From NCBI RefSeq assembly GCF_053102595.1, contig NZ_CM129850.1: a stretch of DNA of 32,000 nt. One strand, given 5' to 3'. Below the pieces are notes generated by a model. It worked only from the letters and a program-made list of their open reading frames with translations, did not search any database and was not told the origin of the DNA. Shown here piece after piece: positions 1 to 12,900 of the stretch (position 1 is its first letter; every line of letters begins with the position of its first letter). Made by a program: the position numbers and the translations under genes.

Positions 1-1
1 G

Positions 2-1015
2 GGGATCTCCTGGCAAACCGGGATGGGCGCGATATTCTGGGGTGCAATTGGGCTATTTTTGCTCACGCTGTTTCGTATCCGGTACTGGATGATCTCCAAC
101 ATTCCATTAAGTTTACGTATTGGTATCACCAGTGGAATTGGATTATTTATCGCCTTAATGGGATTAAAAAATACTGGCGTTATTGTCGCCAATAAAGACA
201 CCCTGGTGATGATTGGCGATTTAAGTTCTCACGGTGTGTTGTTAGGTATTTTAGGGTTTTTTATTATAACCGTGTTGTCATCACGTCATTTTCATGCCGC
301 GGTGCTGGTTTCCATCGTCGTCACTTCCTGCTGTGGATTATTTTTCGGTGATGTTCATTTTAGCGGCGTCTATTCCATTCCGCCTGATATTAGCGGCGTC
401 ATTGGTGAAGTAGATTTGAGCGGCGCGTTAACACTTGAACTCGCCGGTATCATTTTCTCCTTTATGCTGATCAACCTATTTGATTCATCAGGAACATTAA
501 TTGGTGTAACTGATAAAGCTGGCTTAATAGATAGTAACGGTAAATTCCCCAATATGAATAAGGCGCTGTATGTTGATAGCGTCAGTTCGGTGGCGGGTGC
601 GTTTATCGGCACCTCGTCTGTTACTGCCTATATTGAAAGTACTTCTGGTGTGGCAGTCGGTGGCCGCACGGGGCTGACTGCGGTTGTGGTTGGCGTTATG
701 TTCCTGTTGGTTATGTTCTTCTCACCGCTGGTGGCGATGGTTCCTCCTTACGCAACCGCTGGAGCGTTAATCTTTGTTGGCGTGCTGATGACTTCGAGCC
801 TGGCGCGCGTTAACTGGGATGATTTTACCGAATCGGTGCCTGCGTTTATTACCACGGTGATGATGCCCTTTACTTTCTCGATCACCGAAGGGATTGCACT
901 CGGCTTTATGTCGTACTGCATCATGAAAGTGTGCACCGGGCGCTGGCGCGATCTGAACCTGTGTGTGGTGGTGGTCGCAGCTCTATTTGCACTCAAGATT
1001 ATTCTGGTGGATTAG
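2..1015 (+). CDS. adeQ: NCS2-family purine (adenine) permease AdeQ/YicO, 5' end truncated by the window start
   Basis: Open frame extends upstream of the ATG at 23 (GISWQTG-MGAIFW...) to the window edge. Multi-TM NCS2 permease sequence with the motif LINLFDSSGTLIGV. Gene order next to yicN and nepI matches E. coli. Confidence 0.9.
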   Translation, partial: GISWQTGMGAIFWGAIGLFLLTLFRIRYWMISNIPLSLRIGITSGIGLFIALMGLKNTGVIVANKDTLVMIGDLSSHGVLLGILGFFIITVLSSRHFHAAVLVSIVVTSCCGLFFGDVHFSGVYSIPPDISGVIGEVDLSGALTLELAGIIFSFMLINLFDSSGTLIGVTDKAGLIDSNGKFPNMNKALYVDSVSSVAGAFIGTSSVTAYIESTSGVAVGGRTGLTAVVVGVMFLLVMFFSPLVAMVPPYATAGALIFVGVLMTSSLARVNWDDFTESVPAFITTVMMPFTFSITEGIALGFMSYCIMKVCTGRWRDLNLCVVVVAALFALKIILVD

Positions 1016-1040
1016 TAACTGGCGAGGGTTTCCAGATATC

Positions 1041-1520
1041 ATGAGTTCTGATTACGCAGGAGAACTCATGATCTGGATAATGCTCGCCACGCTGGCGGTA
1101 GTGTTTGTGGTTGGTTTTCGGGTGCTGACATCCGGGGCCAGAAAAGCGATTCGCCGTCTCAGCGATCGGCTGAATATCGATGTCGTACCCGTGGAGTCGA
1201 TGGTCGATCAAATGGGAAAGTCAGCTGGTGACGAATTTTTACGTTATTTGCATCGTCCGGATGAGTCGCACCTGCAAAACGCCGCGCAGGTGTTGCTCAT
1301 CTGGCAAATTGTCATTGTCGATGGTAGCGAACAGAACCTGCTGCAATGGCATCGGATTTTACAAAAAGCCCGCCTTGCCGCGCCGATTACCGATGCTCAG
1401 GTCAGGCTGGCGCTGGGTTTTCTGCGCGAAACTGAACCTGAAATGCAGGATATTAATGCTTTTCAGATGCGCTATAACGCATTCTTTCAGCCTGCCGAGG
1501 GCGTTCACTGGCTGCATTAA
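1041..1520 (+). CDS. yicN: YicN family protein (DUF1198 type), internal start MSSDYAGELM chosen over the 963 start
   Basis: The ORF at 963 overlaps adeQ. The internal ATG at 1041 gives a protein with an N-terminal TM helix and follows the adeQ stop. Synteny supports yicN. Confidence 0.85.
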   Translation: MSSDYAGELMIWIMLATLAVVFVVGFRVLTSGARKAIRRLSDRLNIDVVPVESMVDQMGKSAGDEFLRYLHRPDESHLQNAAQVLLIWQIVIVDGSEQNLLQWHRILQKARLAAPITDAQVRLALGFLRETEPEMQDINAFQMRYNAFFQPAEGVHWLH

Positions 1521-1565
1521 AACCGCTTCGTCTTATCAGCCAACAGACCGTGCCTGACCTGTCGA

Positions 1566-1597
1566 GTGGATAAGGCGTTCACGCCGCGTCCGGTATC
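1566..1597. repeat. REP/PU-like palindromic element
   Basis: Sequence ggataaggcgttcacgccgcgtccggtat closely matches the complement of the E. coli REP consensus and is intergenic after yicN. Confidence 0.65.
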
Positions 1598-1634
1598 GGA
1601 ACAGACAGTAGGTGACGCATTATCTACGTTCTAT

Positions 1635-1958
1635 TTACAGCAGCACCTCCAGCCCGTGTTTTTGCACAATGCTGAGCAGTTTTAATGAAATGCCATTGGG
1701 GCGTTTAGCGCCACTTTCCCATTTTTGTACAGTTGAAACGCTGGTATTGAGATAGTGAGCGAAGACGGGCTGACTCACTTTTAATTTTTCCCGCAGTGCT
1801 TTTATCTCAACAGGTTGTAGGTCTTGCACGCTGGTCAGGCAGGCTTTGTCAAAAGTACGCATCGTTTCGGCAGAAATAGCATCGACGCTGGACAATCCAG
1901 CCGCTGCGCTGTGAATAGCCTCAAATGCAGGACTTTTAAATTTAGTTTTTGCAGTCAT
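1635..1958 (-). CDS. Xre/HTH antitoxin of a type II TA pair (NadS/HigA-like)
   Basis: C-terminal HTH signature ALREKLKVSQPVFAHYLNTSVSTVQKWESGAKRPNGISLKLLSIV. Overlaps the upstream toxin ORF by 17 nt. Confidence 0.85.
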   Translation of the reverse strand: MTAKTKFKSPAFEAIHSAAAGLSSVDAISAETMRTFDKACLTSVQDLQPVEIKALREKLKVSQPVFAHYLNTSVSTVQKWESGAKRPNGISLKLLSIVQKHGLEVLL

Positions 1959-2301
1959 AGCAGATCTCTGTCAGTTCTTTAGTGTTAATCATTGCTGTTA
2001 GCTGGGCTTTCGTCAGGAAGGCATAATGCTTTGCAAGTTCACGAAACCCAGCCAGTTCCTGACTATTGATGTTCGACATATCCTGTTTTGCATATAAAAA
2101 CGTGTAAAACCAATTGCTTCCCCCTTTTGCCAGAATAATTGCACGCTCACGATTTTGGTGAAGGCGCTTTTTAAAAACGCCACCACCAAGTGCATCAGCT
2201 TTACCTTGCTCCGTTTCTAAAATGGCCCGGCACAACTCTTCATCTGTTATTGCATGAGACCTGGCTTCCATTGCAAACCATTTGGTTTTAAACACGCGCA
2301 T
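1942..2301 (-). CDS. RelE/HigB-like type II toxin (119 aa)
   Basis: Sequence MRVFKTKWFAMEARSHAITDEELCRAILETEQGKADALGGGVFKKRL...GGSNWFYTFLYAKQD is typical of HigB-2/DUF1044-type RelE toxins. Directly upstream of and overlapping the HTH gene. Confidence 0.85.
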   Translation of the reverse strand: MRVFKTKWFAMEARSHAITDEELCRAILETEQGKADALGGGVFKKRLHQNRERAIILAKGGSNWFYTFLYAKQDMSNINSQELAGFRELAKHYAFLTKAQLTAMINTKELTEICYDCKN

Positions 2302-2528
2302 ATCGTTGAGGTCCTGTTATTAAAGTATATCACCAAGTGCAATACTTTATCCCTTATTCCCAACCCAATCGCGAAAATGCATATCAGCTTGCCCTATGAT
2401 TTTTATTTCTTCGAGCAGCCTCGAACTTTTCCCACAACACCGTAAAAGTTGCAAAAACGTTAAATGCGTCACACATTTCAATGTTAAAGTGGTCGGCTTT
2501 TCCCCTGAAACATGCCACGGGTAACACC

Positions 2529-3713
2529 ATGAGTGAATTTATTGCCGAAAACCGCGGCGCGGATGCCATGACCCGACCGAACTGGTCAGCCGTTTTCTCG
2601 GTGGCGTTTTGTGTCGCCTGTCTGATTATCGTTGAGTTTTTGCCCGTCAGTTTGTTGACGCCAATGGCCCAGGATTTAGGCATTTCGGAAGGGGTTGCCG
2701 GGCAATCGGTGACCGTGACCGCCTTTGTGGCAATGTTTGCCAGTTTGTTTATTACCCAGACAATTCAGGCCACTGACCGCCGCTACGTTGTTATTTTATT
2801 TGCCGTTTTGCTGACGCTCTCCTGTTTGCTGGTTTCCTTTGCTAACTCATTCAGTTTGCTTTTAATTGGTCGTGCCTGTCTGGGGCTGGCGCTGGGCGGG
2901 TTCTGGGCGATGTCGGCGTCGCTGACCATGCGTCTGGTACCGCCGCGTACGGTGCCGAAGGCGCTGTCGGTGATCTTCGGCGCGGTTTCTATTGCGCTGG
3001 TGATTGCCGCACCGTTGGGCAGTTTTTTAGGCGAGCTTATCGGTTGGCGCAATGTCTTTAATGCGGCGGCGGTGATGGGCGTGCTGTGTATTTTCTGGAT
3101 TATCAAATCATTGCCTTCGCTGCCAGGCGAACCCTCGCATCAGAAACAAAATACTTTCCGCTTATTACAACGTCCGGGTGTGATGGCAGGGATGATCGCC
3201 ATCTTCATGTCTTTCGCCGGGCAGTTTGCTTTCTTCACGTATATTCGCCCGGTGTATATGAACCTGGCGGGATTCGGCGTGGATGGCTTAACTCTGGTGC
3301 TGTTGAGTTTTGGTATCGCCAGCTTTATCGGTACGTCGCTTTCGTCGTTCATTCTTAAACGTTCGGTAAAACTGGCCTTAGCAGGCGCGCCGTTAATACT
3401 GGCTGTGAGTGCGTTGGTGCTGACGTTGTGGGGAAGCGATAAAATCGTTGCTACCGGCGTGGCGATTATCTGGGGGCTAACTTTTGCATTGGTTCCTGTC
3501 GGCTGGTCAACGTGGATCACCCGCTCACTGGCCGATCAGGCAGAAAAAGCCGGGTCTATTCAGGTGGCGGTTATTCAGCTTGCTAATACCTGTGGCGCGG
3601 CAATCGGCGGTTATGCGCTGGATAATATTGGTCTGACTTCGCCGTTGATGTTGTCCGGCACATTGATGTTGCTGACGGCGTTATTGGTCACCGCAAAGGT
3701 GAAAATGAAGTAA
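2529..3713 (+). CDS. nepI: MFS transporter, purine ribonucleoside efflux pump NepI (YicM)
   Basis: About 12-TM MFS protein with start [19 protein letters not shown]. Synteny with yicN. Confidence 0.92.
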   Translation: MSEFIAENRGADAMTRPNWSAVFSVAFCVACLIIVEFLPVSLLTPMAQDLGISEGVAGQSVTVTAFVAMFASLFITQTIQATDRRYVVILFAVLLTLSCLLVSFANSFSLLLIGRACLGLALGGFWAMSASLTMRLVPPRTVPKALSVIFGAVSIALVIAAPLGSFLGELIGWRNVFNAAAVMGVLCIFWIIKSLPSLPGEPSHQKQNTFRLLQRPGVMAGMIAIFMSFAGQFAFFTYIRPVYMNLAGFGVDGLTLVLLSFGIASFIGTSLSSFILKRSVKLALAGAPLILAVSALVLTLWGSDKIVATGVAIIWGLTFALVPVGWSTWITRSLADQAEKAGSIQVAVIQLANTCGAAIGGYALDNIGLTSPLMLSGTLMLLTALLVTAKVKMK

Positions 3714-3914
3714 CGTATTTACAGGAGGGTTATTTCTCTGGCGGGAAAGCTCTCCTGTTCTGCCCCCTGATAACGCTTGATCAGGTATTGTTCTTATCTT
3801 GTTGTTATTTCCATTATTCCGCCTGTATTCATCATTTGCTAATCATGAATCATCATTTTCCCTCATGTTAAAGAAAGGTCATTTAATCTGAACGCATAGC
3901 GACAGGGATGACAA

Positions 3915-6900
3915 ATGGCAGGGAAAGCGCATGGGAATGGCGATCGTCGGGGCGATAACACCATATGTGGATTGGGGGATCGTTTACGTCGTCTGACCGC
4001 CGGTATTTGCCTGATTACACAAACTATATTCCCTGTTATGGCCGCTGCCCCTACGCATATTAATCATGCGCATTCGGATACTGCCACGTCCCTGATCCTG
4101 CCGAACGTTAAAACTATTCCATACACCCTGGGGGCATTGGAAACGCCACCAACGGTCGCGGCACGCTTTGGTATCACCGTTGATGAATTACGTCGCCTGA
4201 ATCAGTTTCGTACCTTTGCGCGGGGCTTTGACAATGTGCGTCAGGGCGATGAAATAGATGTGCCCCTCATTAACAGTAATAGCCCTGAAGCGCGCAACCT
4301 GAAAGCAATGCAGATGGAGCGCGACGGCAAAGATCCGCAAATGCAGGTCGCGGAAGTGGCGCAGCAAAGCGGAACACTTTTAGCTCGCGATATGGACAGC
4401 GAACAGGCGGCGAGTATGGCGCGTGGCTGGGTGGCTTCTTCTGCATCTGCGCAGGCAACGGACTGGCTCAGTCGTTGGGGAACTGCCCGGGTATCTCTTG
4501 GTGTGGATGAAGATTTCAGCCTTAAAAGCTCTTCATTCGAATTTCTCCATCCCTGGTACGAAACGCCGGATAACCTGGTCTTCAGCCAGCACACACTTCA
4601 CCGTACGGATGATCGCACTCAAACCAACCACGGTATCGGCTGGCGTTATTTCACCCCGAGCTGGATGTCTGGCGTCAATATGTTTATCGATCATGACCTG
4701 ACCCGCTATCACACCCGAACCGGGATGGGCGTTGAATACTGGCGCGATTACCTGAAACTGAGCGGCAACGGTTATCTGCGCCTGAGTAACTGGCGTAGTG
4801 CACCGGAACTCGACAATGACTATGAAGCACGTCCGGCGAACGGTTGGGATCTTCGCGCCGAAGGCTGGTTACCGGCCTGGCCGCAGCTGGGCGGCAAGCT
4901 GGTCTATGAACAATATTATGGCGATGAAGTGGCGCTGTTTGGTAAAGACGAGCGACAAAATGATCCTCACGCGATTACCGCAGGTTTGAGTTACACCCCC
5001 GTTCCCTTAATCTCCTTTAGTGCCGAGCAACGGCAGGGCAAACAGGGAGAAAACGACACCCGAATTGGTATGGAGTTGACGTTGCAACCTGGTCATTCAC
5101 TGCAAAAACAGCTCGATCCAGCTGAAGTTGCAGCTCGGCGCAGCCTTGTGGGTAGTCGCTATGACCTGGTCGATCGTAATAACAATATCGTCCTCGAATA
5201 TCGCAAGAAAGAGCTGGTACGGCTGACGCTGACCGATCCGCTGAAAGGCAAGCCGGGTGAGGTTAAATCGCTGGTTTCTTCCTTACAGACCAAATATGCG
5301 CTGAAAGGTTATGACATCGAAGCCGCCTCCCTGCAATCAGCGGGCGGAAAAGTAGCAGTTTCCGGCAAGGATATTCAGGTCACTATTCCTCCCTACCGAT
5401 TCACGGCAATGCCTGAAACCGACAACACTTACCCGATAGCGGTTACAGCGGAAGATTCGAAAGGAAATTTCTCCCGGCGTGAAGAAAGTATGGTGGTCGT
5501 GGAAAAACCCACACTAAGCCTCGCCGATTCAACGCTTTCTGTCGATCTGCAAATCCTGCTTGCTGATGGAAAATCAACCTCAACGCTGACCTATACCGCG
5601 CGAGATTCCAGCGGCAAGCCAATCCCAGGTATGACGTTAAAAACACAGGTGAAAGGTTTGCAGGATTTCGCCTTAAGCGAATGGAAAGACAACGGTAACG
5701 GAACCTATACCCAAATAGTTACCGCCGGGAAGACGTCTGGCGCGTTATCGCTGATGCCGCAATTTAACGGCGACGATATCGCTAAGACGCCAGCGCTGAT
5801 TGCTATCGTGGCGAATACGGCATCCCGCGCTGACTCCACGATTGAGACAGACCAGGATAATTACGTCGCGGGTAAGCCGATAGTCGTTAAAGTGACCCTG
5901 AGAGATGATAACGGCAACGGGGTTACCGGACGAAAAGAACTTCTCAAACAAACCGTTAAAGTAGACAACACGAAGGCTGATGCCGTTAGTGCCTGGACGG
6001 AAGAAAGTGAGGGAATTTACAAAGCAAGCTATACGGCCCATCTCATTGGCGACAAATTAACGGCCCAGCTGACGATGCCCGGCTGGCAAACCAAACATTC
6101 GGATGCGTTCAGTATTGCGGGTGATAAAGATACCGCCAAAATCGCTGCGATGCAGATCACCGCGAATAACGCAGTTGCCAGACGCGATCACAATACCGTC
6201 GCTGTGACGGTCAGGGATGTGCATCAAAATTTACTGCAGGGACAAAATGTTACCTTCACGGTCGTGAATGGTGCGGCGGTTTTTGCCGATCCGAATGGCG
6301 GTATTGTGACGACAGATAAAGACGGGATAGCCAGCGTTAACCTTGCCAGTGACCAGGCGGTAAACAGTCTTATCAAGGCCGAGATCAATGGCAGTAGTCA
6401 GTCTGTGGAAGTGAGCTTTATCACTGGCGATATCTCGCAGCTGACCTCCACCATCAAGACGGACGATGTGTCATACACTGCGGGTGGCAAGATAAAAGTG
6501 TCCGTCACCCTTATGGATGAGCAGAAAAACCTGGTGAAAGGGATGGCTTCGCTGCTGGCGGGTAGCGGTGTGGTCGAGGTGAGCGGTACAGATAAAAATG
6601 AAACGGGTAACTGGAGCGAAGAGTCTGACGGCGTTTACACCACCACCCGAACCGCGAAGATTGCTAGCGATCGCCATTACGCCACGCTGAAACTATCGAC
6701 ATGGAGTAGCGCGCAGCAATCCGATGCGTATGCCATCCGCGAAAGCGGAGCTGTGCTGGCTTATTCCTCCATCGTTACCGACAAAACGACCTACACCGCG
6801 GGCGGCGTGATAAAAGTTACGGTAACACTCAAGGATAGCTATGAAAACCTGGTCGGGGGGCAACGAGACGCTATCAACCTGGCTATCCAGCTGCCAAATA

Positions 6901-9900
6901 CAAAAGCGGAAAGCATCGCCTGGAATGAAGATCAAAAAGGAATTTATACCGCAACGTATACCGCCTTACTCCCTGGCACCGGTTTAAAAGCACAGCTACA
7001 GATGTCCGACTGGGCGAGCGCTCTGACTTCAAATGATTACAGTATTAGTGGCGATGCCGCCAGCGCACAAATTGTCGCGATGCAAGTGACAACGGGTAAC
7101 CCGGATGTGCTGGCGAATGGCAGCGATCGACATACGGTGAATGTCCGGGTGGAAGATCAGTTTGGCAATGTGCTGCCGGAGCAGACCGTCACCTTTACGG
7201 TGACGAAGGGGGCGGCTGTATTTGCCAATGCAGGGCAGAGCGCAGATATCAGGACGGATGCGCATGGTATGGCAGAGGTTGATCTGAGCAGTACCGTAGC
7301 GGATGCCAGCACTGTTGAGGCTAAGGTCAATCAAAGCAGCGATAGTAAAACGGTGAACTTTGTTGCTGATGTCAGCACGGCGCAGATCGCTGATCTGGTG
7401 GTCATTAAGGATGGCTCAGTGGCAGACGGTTCGACGGCGAACACGCTGCGGGTGAGGGTGACGGATGCGTTCGGTAATGCGCTGGACGGGCAGACGGTCA
7501 GCGTGTTGGCGGACAACAGCGCAACGGTCGCTCCGACGGTTATCACCGAGCCGGACGGGACGGTGGAGATCTCTGTTACCAGCCAGACGGCGGGAGTCAG
7601 TGCGGTCACCGCCAGTATCAACAACAGCAGCCTGAGCCGGAACGTGACGTTTGTTGCCGATGTCAGGACGGCGAAGATCGCTGATCTGGAGGTCATTAAG
7701 GATGGTTCAGAGGCGGACGGTGCGACGGCGAACACGCTGCGTGCGAGGGTAACCGATGCATTCGGAAATGCGCTTGCCGGGCAGACGGTCAGCGTGACTG
7801 CAGGCAACAGCGCAACGGTCGCTTCGACGGTGACCACAAAGCCGGACGGCACGGTGGAGATCAGTGTCACCAGCCAGACGGCGGGAGTCAGTACTGTCAC
7901 CGCCAGCATCAACAGCAGCAGTCAGAGCCGGGATGTGACGTTTGTCGCTGATGTCAGGACGGCGAAGATCGCGGACCTGGTGGTCACCCGGGATAACTCA
8001 GTGGCAGACGCTTCGACGGCGAATACGCTGCAGGTGAAGGTCACCGATGCTAACGGTAATACGCTTGCCGGGCAGACGGTCAGCGTGACTGCAGGCAACA
8101 GCGCAACGGTCGCTTCGACGGTGACCACAAAGCCGGACGGGACGGTGGAGATCAGTGTCACCAGTCAGACGGCGGGGAGCAGTACTGTCACTGCCAGCAT
8201 CAACAGCAGCAGCCTGAGCCGGAACGTGACGTTTATTGCGGATGTCAGGACGGCGCAGATCGCGGATCTGGTGGTCATTAAGGATGGTTCAGAGGCGGAC
8301 GGTGCGACGGCGAACACGCTGCGGGCGAGGGTGACCGATGCGTTCGGGAATGCGCTTGCCGGGCAGACGGTCAGCGTGTTGGCGGACAACGGCGCAACGG
8401 TCGCTTCGACGGTCACCACAGGGCCGGACGGCACGGTGGAGATTTCTGTCATCAGCCAGACAGCCGGAATCAGTGCGGTCACTGCCAGCATCAACAGCAG
8501 CAGTCAGAGCCGGGACGTGACATTTATCGCCGATGTCAGGACGGCGCAGATCGCGGAGCTGGTGGTTATTAAGGATGGTTCAGAGGCAGACGGTGCGACG
8601 GCGAACACGCTGCAGGTGAAGGTCACCGATGCTAACGGCAATGCGCTTGCCGGGCAGACGGTCAGCGTGTTGGCGGACAACGGCGCAACGACTGCCCCGA
8701 CGGTTATCACCGAGCCGGACGGTAAGGTGGAGATCTCTGTTACCAGTCAGACGGCGGGAGTCAGTGCAGTCACTGCCAGCATCAACAACAGCACCCTGAG
8801 CCAGAACGTGATGTTTATCGCCGATATCAGGACGGCGCAGATCGCAGACCTGGCGGTTATTAAGGACGGCTCAGTGGCAGACGGTGCGACGGCGAATACG
8901 CTGCAGGTGAGGGTCACGGATGCGTTCGGTAATGCGCTTGCCGGGCAGACGGTCAGCGTGATGGCGGACAACGGTGCTACGGTCACTCCGACTGTCATCA
9001 CAGGGCAGGACGGGACGGTGGAGGTCAGTATCACCAGCCAGACGGCAGGCACCAGTACAGGCACTGCCAGCATCAACAACAGCAGCCTGAGCCGGAACGT
9101 GACGTTTATTGCGGATGTCAGGACGGCGAAGATCGCTGATCTGGTAGTCACCCGGGATAACGCGGTGGCAGACGGTGCAATGGCGAATACGCTGCAAGTG
9201 AAGGTCACCGATGCATTCGGGAATGCGCTGAATGGGCAGACGGTCAGCGTGTTGGCGGACAACGGTGCCACGACTGCTCCGACGGTCACCACGCAGCCGG
9301 ACGGCACGGTGGAGATCTCTGTCACCAGCCAGACGGCGGGAGTCAGTGCGGTCACCGCCAGCATCAACAACAGCAGCCTGAGCCGGAACGTGACGTTTAT
9401 TGCGGATGTCAGGACGGCGCAGATCGCGGATCTGGTGGTCATTAAGGACGACTCAGTGGCAGACGGTGCAATGGCGAATATGCTGCGGGCGAGGGTCACC
9501 GATGCGTTCGGTAATACGCTTGCCGGGCAGACGGTCAGCGTGACGGCAGGCAACGGCGCAACGGTCACTCCGACGGTCACCACGCAGCCGGACGGCACGG
9601 TGGAGATCAGTGTCACCAGCCAGACGGCGGGGATCAGTACAGTCACTGCAACCATCAACAACAGCAGCCTGAGCCGGGATGTGACGTTTGTCGCGGATGT
9701 CAGGACGGCGAAGATCGCTGATCTGGTGGTCATTAAGGACGGCTCAGTGGCTGACGGCGCAATGGCGAACATGCTGCAGGTAAAGGTTACCGATGCTAAC
9801 GGCAATGTGCTTGCCGGGCAGACGGTCAGCATGATGGCAGGCAACGGTGCAACGGTTGCCCCGACGGTGATTACAGAGCCGGACGGTACGGTGGAGATCC

Positions 9901-12900
9901 CTGTCACCAGCCAGACGGCGGGAGCCAGTGCGGTCACCGCCAGTATCAACAGCAGCAACGCGAGCCGGAACGTGACGTTTGTTGCCGATGTCAGGACGGC
10001 GCAGATCGCGGACCTGGTGGTCATTAAGGACGGCTCAGTGGCTGACGGCGCAATGGCGAATATGCTGCGGGCGAGGGTCACCGATGCGTTCGGTAATACG
10101 CTTGCCGGGCAGACGGTCAGCGTGACGGCAGGCAACGGCGCAACGGTTGCACCGACGGTCATCACGCAGCCGGACGGCACGGTGGAGATCTCAGTCACCA
10201 GCCAGACGGCAGGAACCAGTACAGTCACCGCCAGCATCAACAACAGCACCCTGAGCCAGAGCGTGATGTTTATCGCCGATATCAGGACGGCGCAGATCGC
10301 GGATCTGGTGGTCATTAAGGATGGTTCAGAGGCGGACGGTTCGACGGCGAACACGCTGCGTGCGAGGGTAACCGATGCATTCGGAAATACGCTTGCCGGA
10401 CAGACGGTCAGCGTGTTGGCGGACAACGGCGCAACGGTCGCTTCGACGGTCACCACAGGGCAGGACGGCACGGTGGAGATCTCTGTCACCAGTCAGACCG
10501 CCGGAATCAGTGCGGTCACCGTCAGCATCAACAACAGCACCCTGAGCCAGAACGTGATGTTTATCGCCGATATCAGGACGGCGCAGATCGCGGAGCTGGT
10601 GGTCATTAAGGACAACTCAGTGGCAGACGGCACGACGGCAAACACGCTGCAAGTGAAGGTCACCGATGCATTCGGGAATGCGCTGAATGGGCAGACGGTC
10701 AGCGTGTTCGCAGGCAACGGTGCAACGGTTGCCCCGACGGTGAGTACAGAGCCGGACGGCACGGTGGAGATCTCAGTCACCAGCCAGACCGCCGGAATTA
10801 GTGCGGTCACCGCCAGCGTCAACAACAGCAGCCAGAGCCAGAACGTGACATTTATTGCGGATGTCAGGACGGCGCAGATCGCGGATCTGGTCGTTAGCCA
10901 GGATAACGCGGTGGCAGACGGCGCGACGGCGAACACGCTGCGGGCGAGGGTCACCGATGCGTTCGGCAATGCGCTTGCCGGGCAGACGGTCAGCGTGTTG
11001 GCGGATAACAGCGCAACGGTCACTCCGACTGTCATCACAGGGCAGGACGGCACGGTGGAAATCAGTGTCACCAGCCAGACGGCGGGCACCAGCGCGATCA
11101 CTGCCAGCATTAACACCAGCAGCCTGAGTCAGAACGTGACGTTTGTCGCCGATGTCAGCACGGCGAAGATCGCGGATCTGGTGGTGACGCAGGACGGCTC
11201 AGTGGCAGACGGTGCGACGGCGAACACGCTGCGGGCGAGGGTGACCGATGCGTTCGGCAATGCGCTTGCCGGGCAGACGGTCAGCGTGTTGGCGGACAAC
11301 GGCGCAACGGTGTCTCCGACGGTCATCACAGGCCCGGACGGCACGGTGGAGATCTCTGTCATCAGCCAGACGGCGGGGATCAGTACTGTCACTGCCAGCA
11401 TCAACAGCAGCAGTCAGAGCCGGGATGTGACGTTTGTCGCTGATGTCAGGACGGCGCAGATCACGGACCTGGCGGTTATTAAGGACGGCTCAGTGGCAGA
11501 CGGTGCGACGGCGAATACGCTGCAGGTGACGGTCACCGATGCGTTCGGTAATACGCTTGCCGGGCAGACGGTCAGCGTGACGGCAGGCAACGGCGCAACG
11601 GTTGCCCCGACGGTGATTACAGAGCCGGACGGGACGGTGGAAATCAGTGTCACCAGCCAGACGGCGGGGATCAGTACAGTCACTGCCAGCATCAACAGCA
11701 GCACCCTGAGCCGGAACGTGACGTTTATTGCGGATGTCAGGACGGCGAAGATCGCTGATCTGGTAGTCACCCGGGATAACTCAGTGGCAGACGGTGCAAT
11801 GGCGAATACGCTGCAAGTGAAGGTCACCGATGCATTCGGGAATGCGCTGAATGGGCAGACGGTCAGCGTATCGGCAGACAACAGCGCAATGGTCACTCCG
11901 ACGGTGACCACGCAGCCGGATGGCACGGTGGAGATCAGTGTCACCAGTCAGACGGCGGGGATCAGTACAGTCACTGCAACCATCAACAACAGCACCCTGA
12001 GCCGGAACGTGATGTTTGTCGCGGATGTCAGGACGGCGCAGATCGCTGATCTGGTGGTCATTAAGGACGACTCAGCGGCAGACGGTGCAATGGCGAATAT
12101 GCTGCGGGCGAGGGTCACCGATGCGTTCGGTAATACGCTTGCCGGGCAGACGGTCAGCGTGATGGCGGACAACGGTGCAACGGTCGCTTCGACGATGACC
12201 ACAAAGCCGGACGGCACGGTGGAGATCAGTGTCACCAGCCAGACGGCGGGGATCAGTACAGTCACTGCAACCATCAACAACAGCACCCTGAGTCAGAACG
12301 TGACATTTATCGCCGATGTCAGGACGGCGAAGATCGCGGACCTGGTAGTCATTAAGGACGACTCAGTGGCAGACGGTGCAATGGCGAATATGCTGCGGGC
12401 GAGGGTCACCGATGCGTTCGGTAATACGCTTGCCGGGCAGACGGTCAGCGTGACGGCAGGCAACGGCGCAACGGTCACTCCGACGGTCACCACGCAGCCG
12501 GACGGCACGGTGGAAATTAGTGTCATCAGCCAGACGGCAGGCACCACTGCGGTCACTGCCAGCATTAACAGCAGCAGCCAGAGCCGGAACGTCACGTTTA
12601 TTGCGGATGTCAGGACGGCGAAGATCGCGGACCTGGTGGTCACCCGGGATAACTCAGTGGCAGACGCTTCGACGGCGAATACGCTGCAGGTGAAGGTCAC
12701 CGATGCTAACGGTAATACGCTTGCCGGGCAGACGGTCAGCGTGATGGCAGGCAACGGTGCAACGGTTGCCCCGACGGTGATTACAGAGCCGGACGGCACG
12801 GCGGAGATCCCTGTCACCAGCCAGACGGCGGGAGTCAGTGCAGTCACCGCCAGTATCAACAGCAGCAACGCGAGCCGGAACGTGACGTTTGTTGCCGATG

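Noticed and set aside
1180-1557. Plus-strand 125-aa ORF overlapping yicN
   Set aside because: Out-of-frame overlap with yicN, Arg/Cys-rich composition and no conservation signal.
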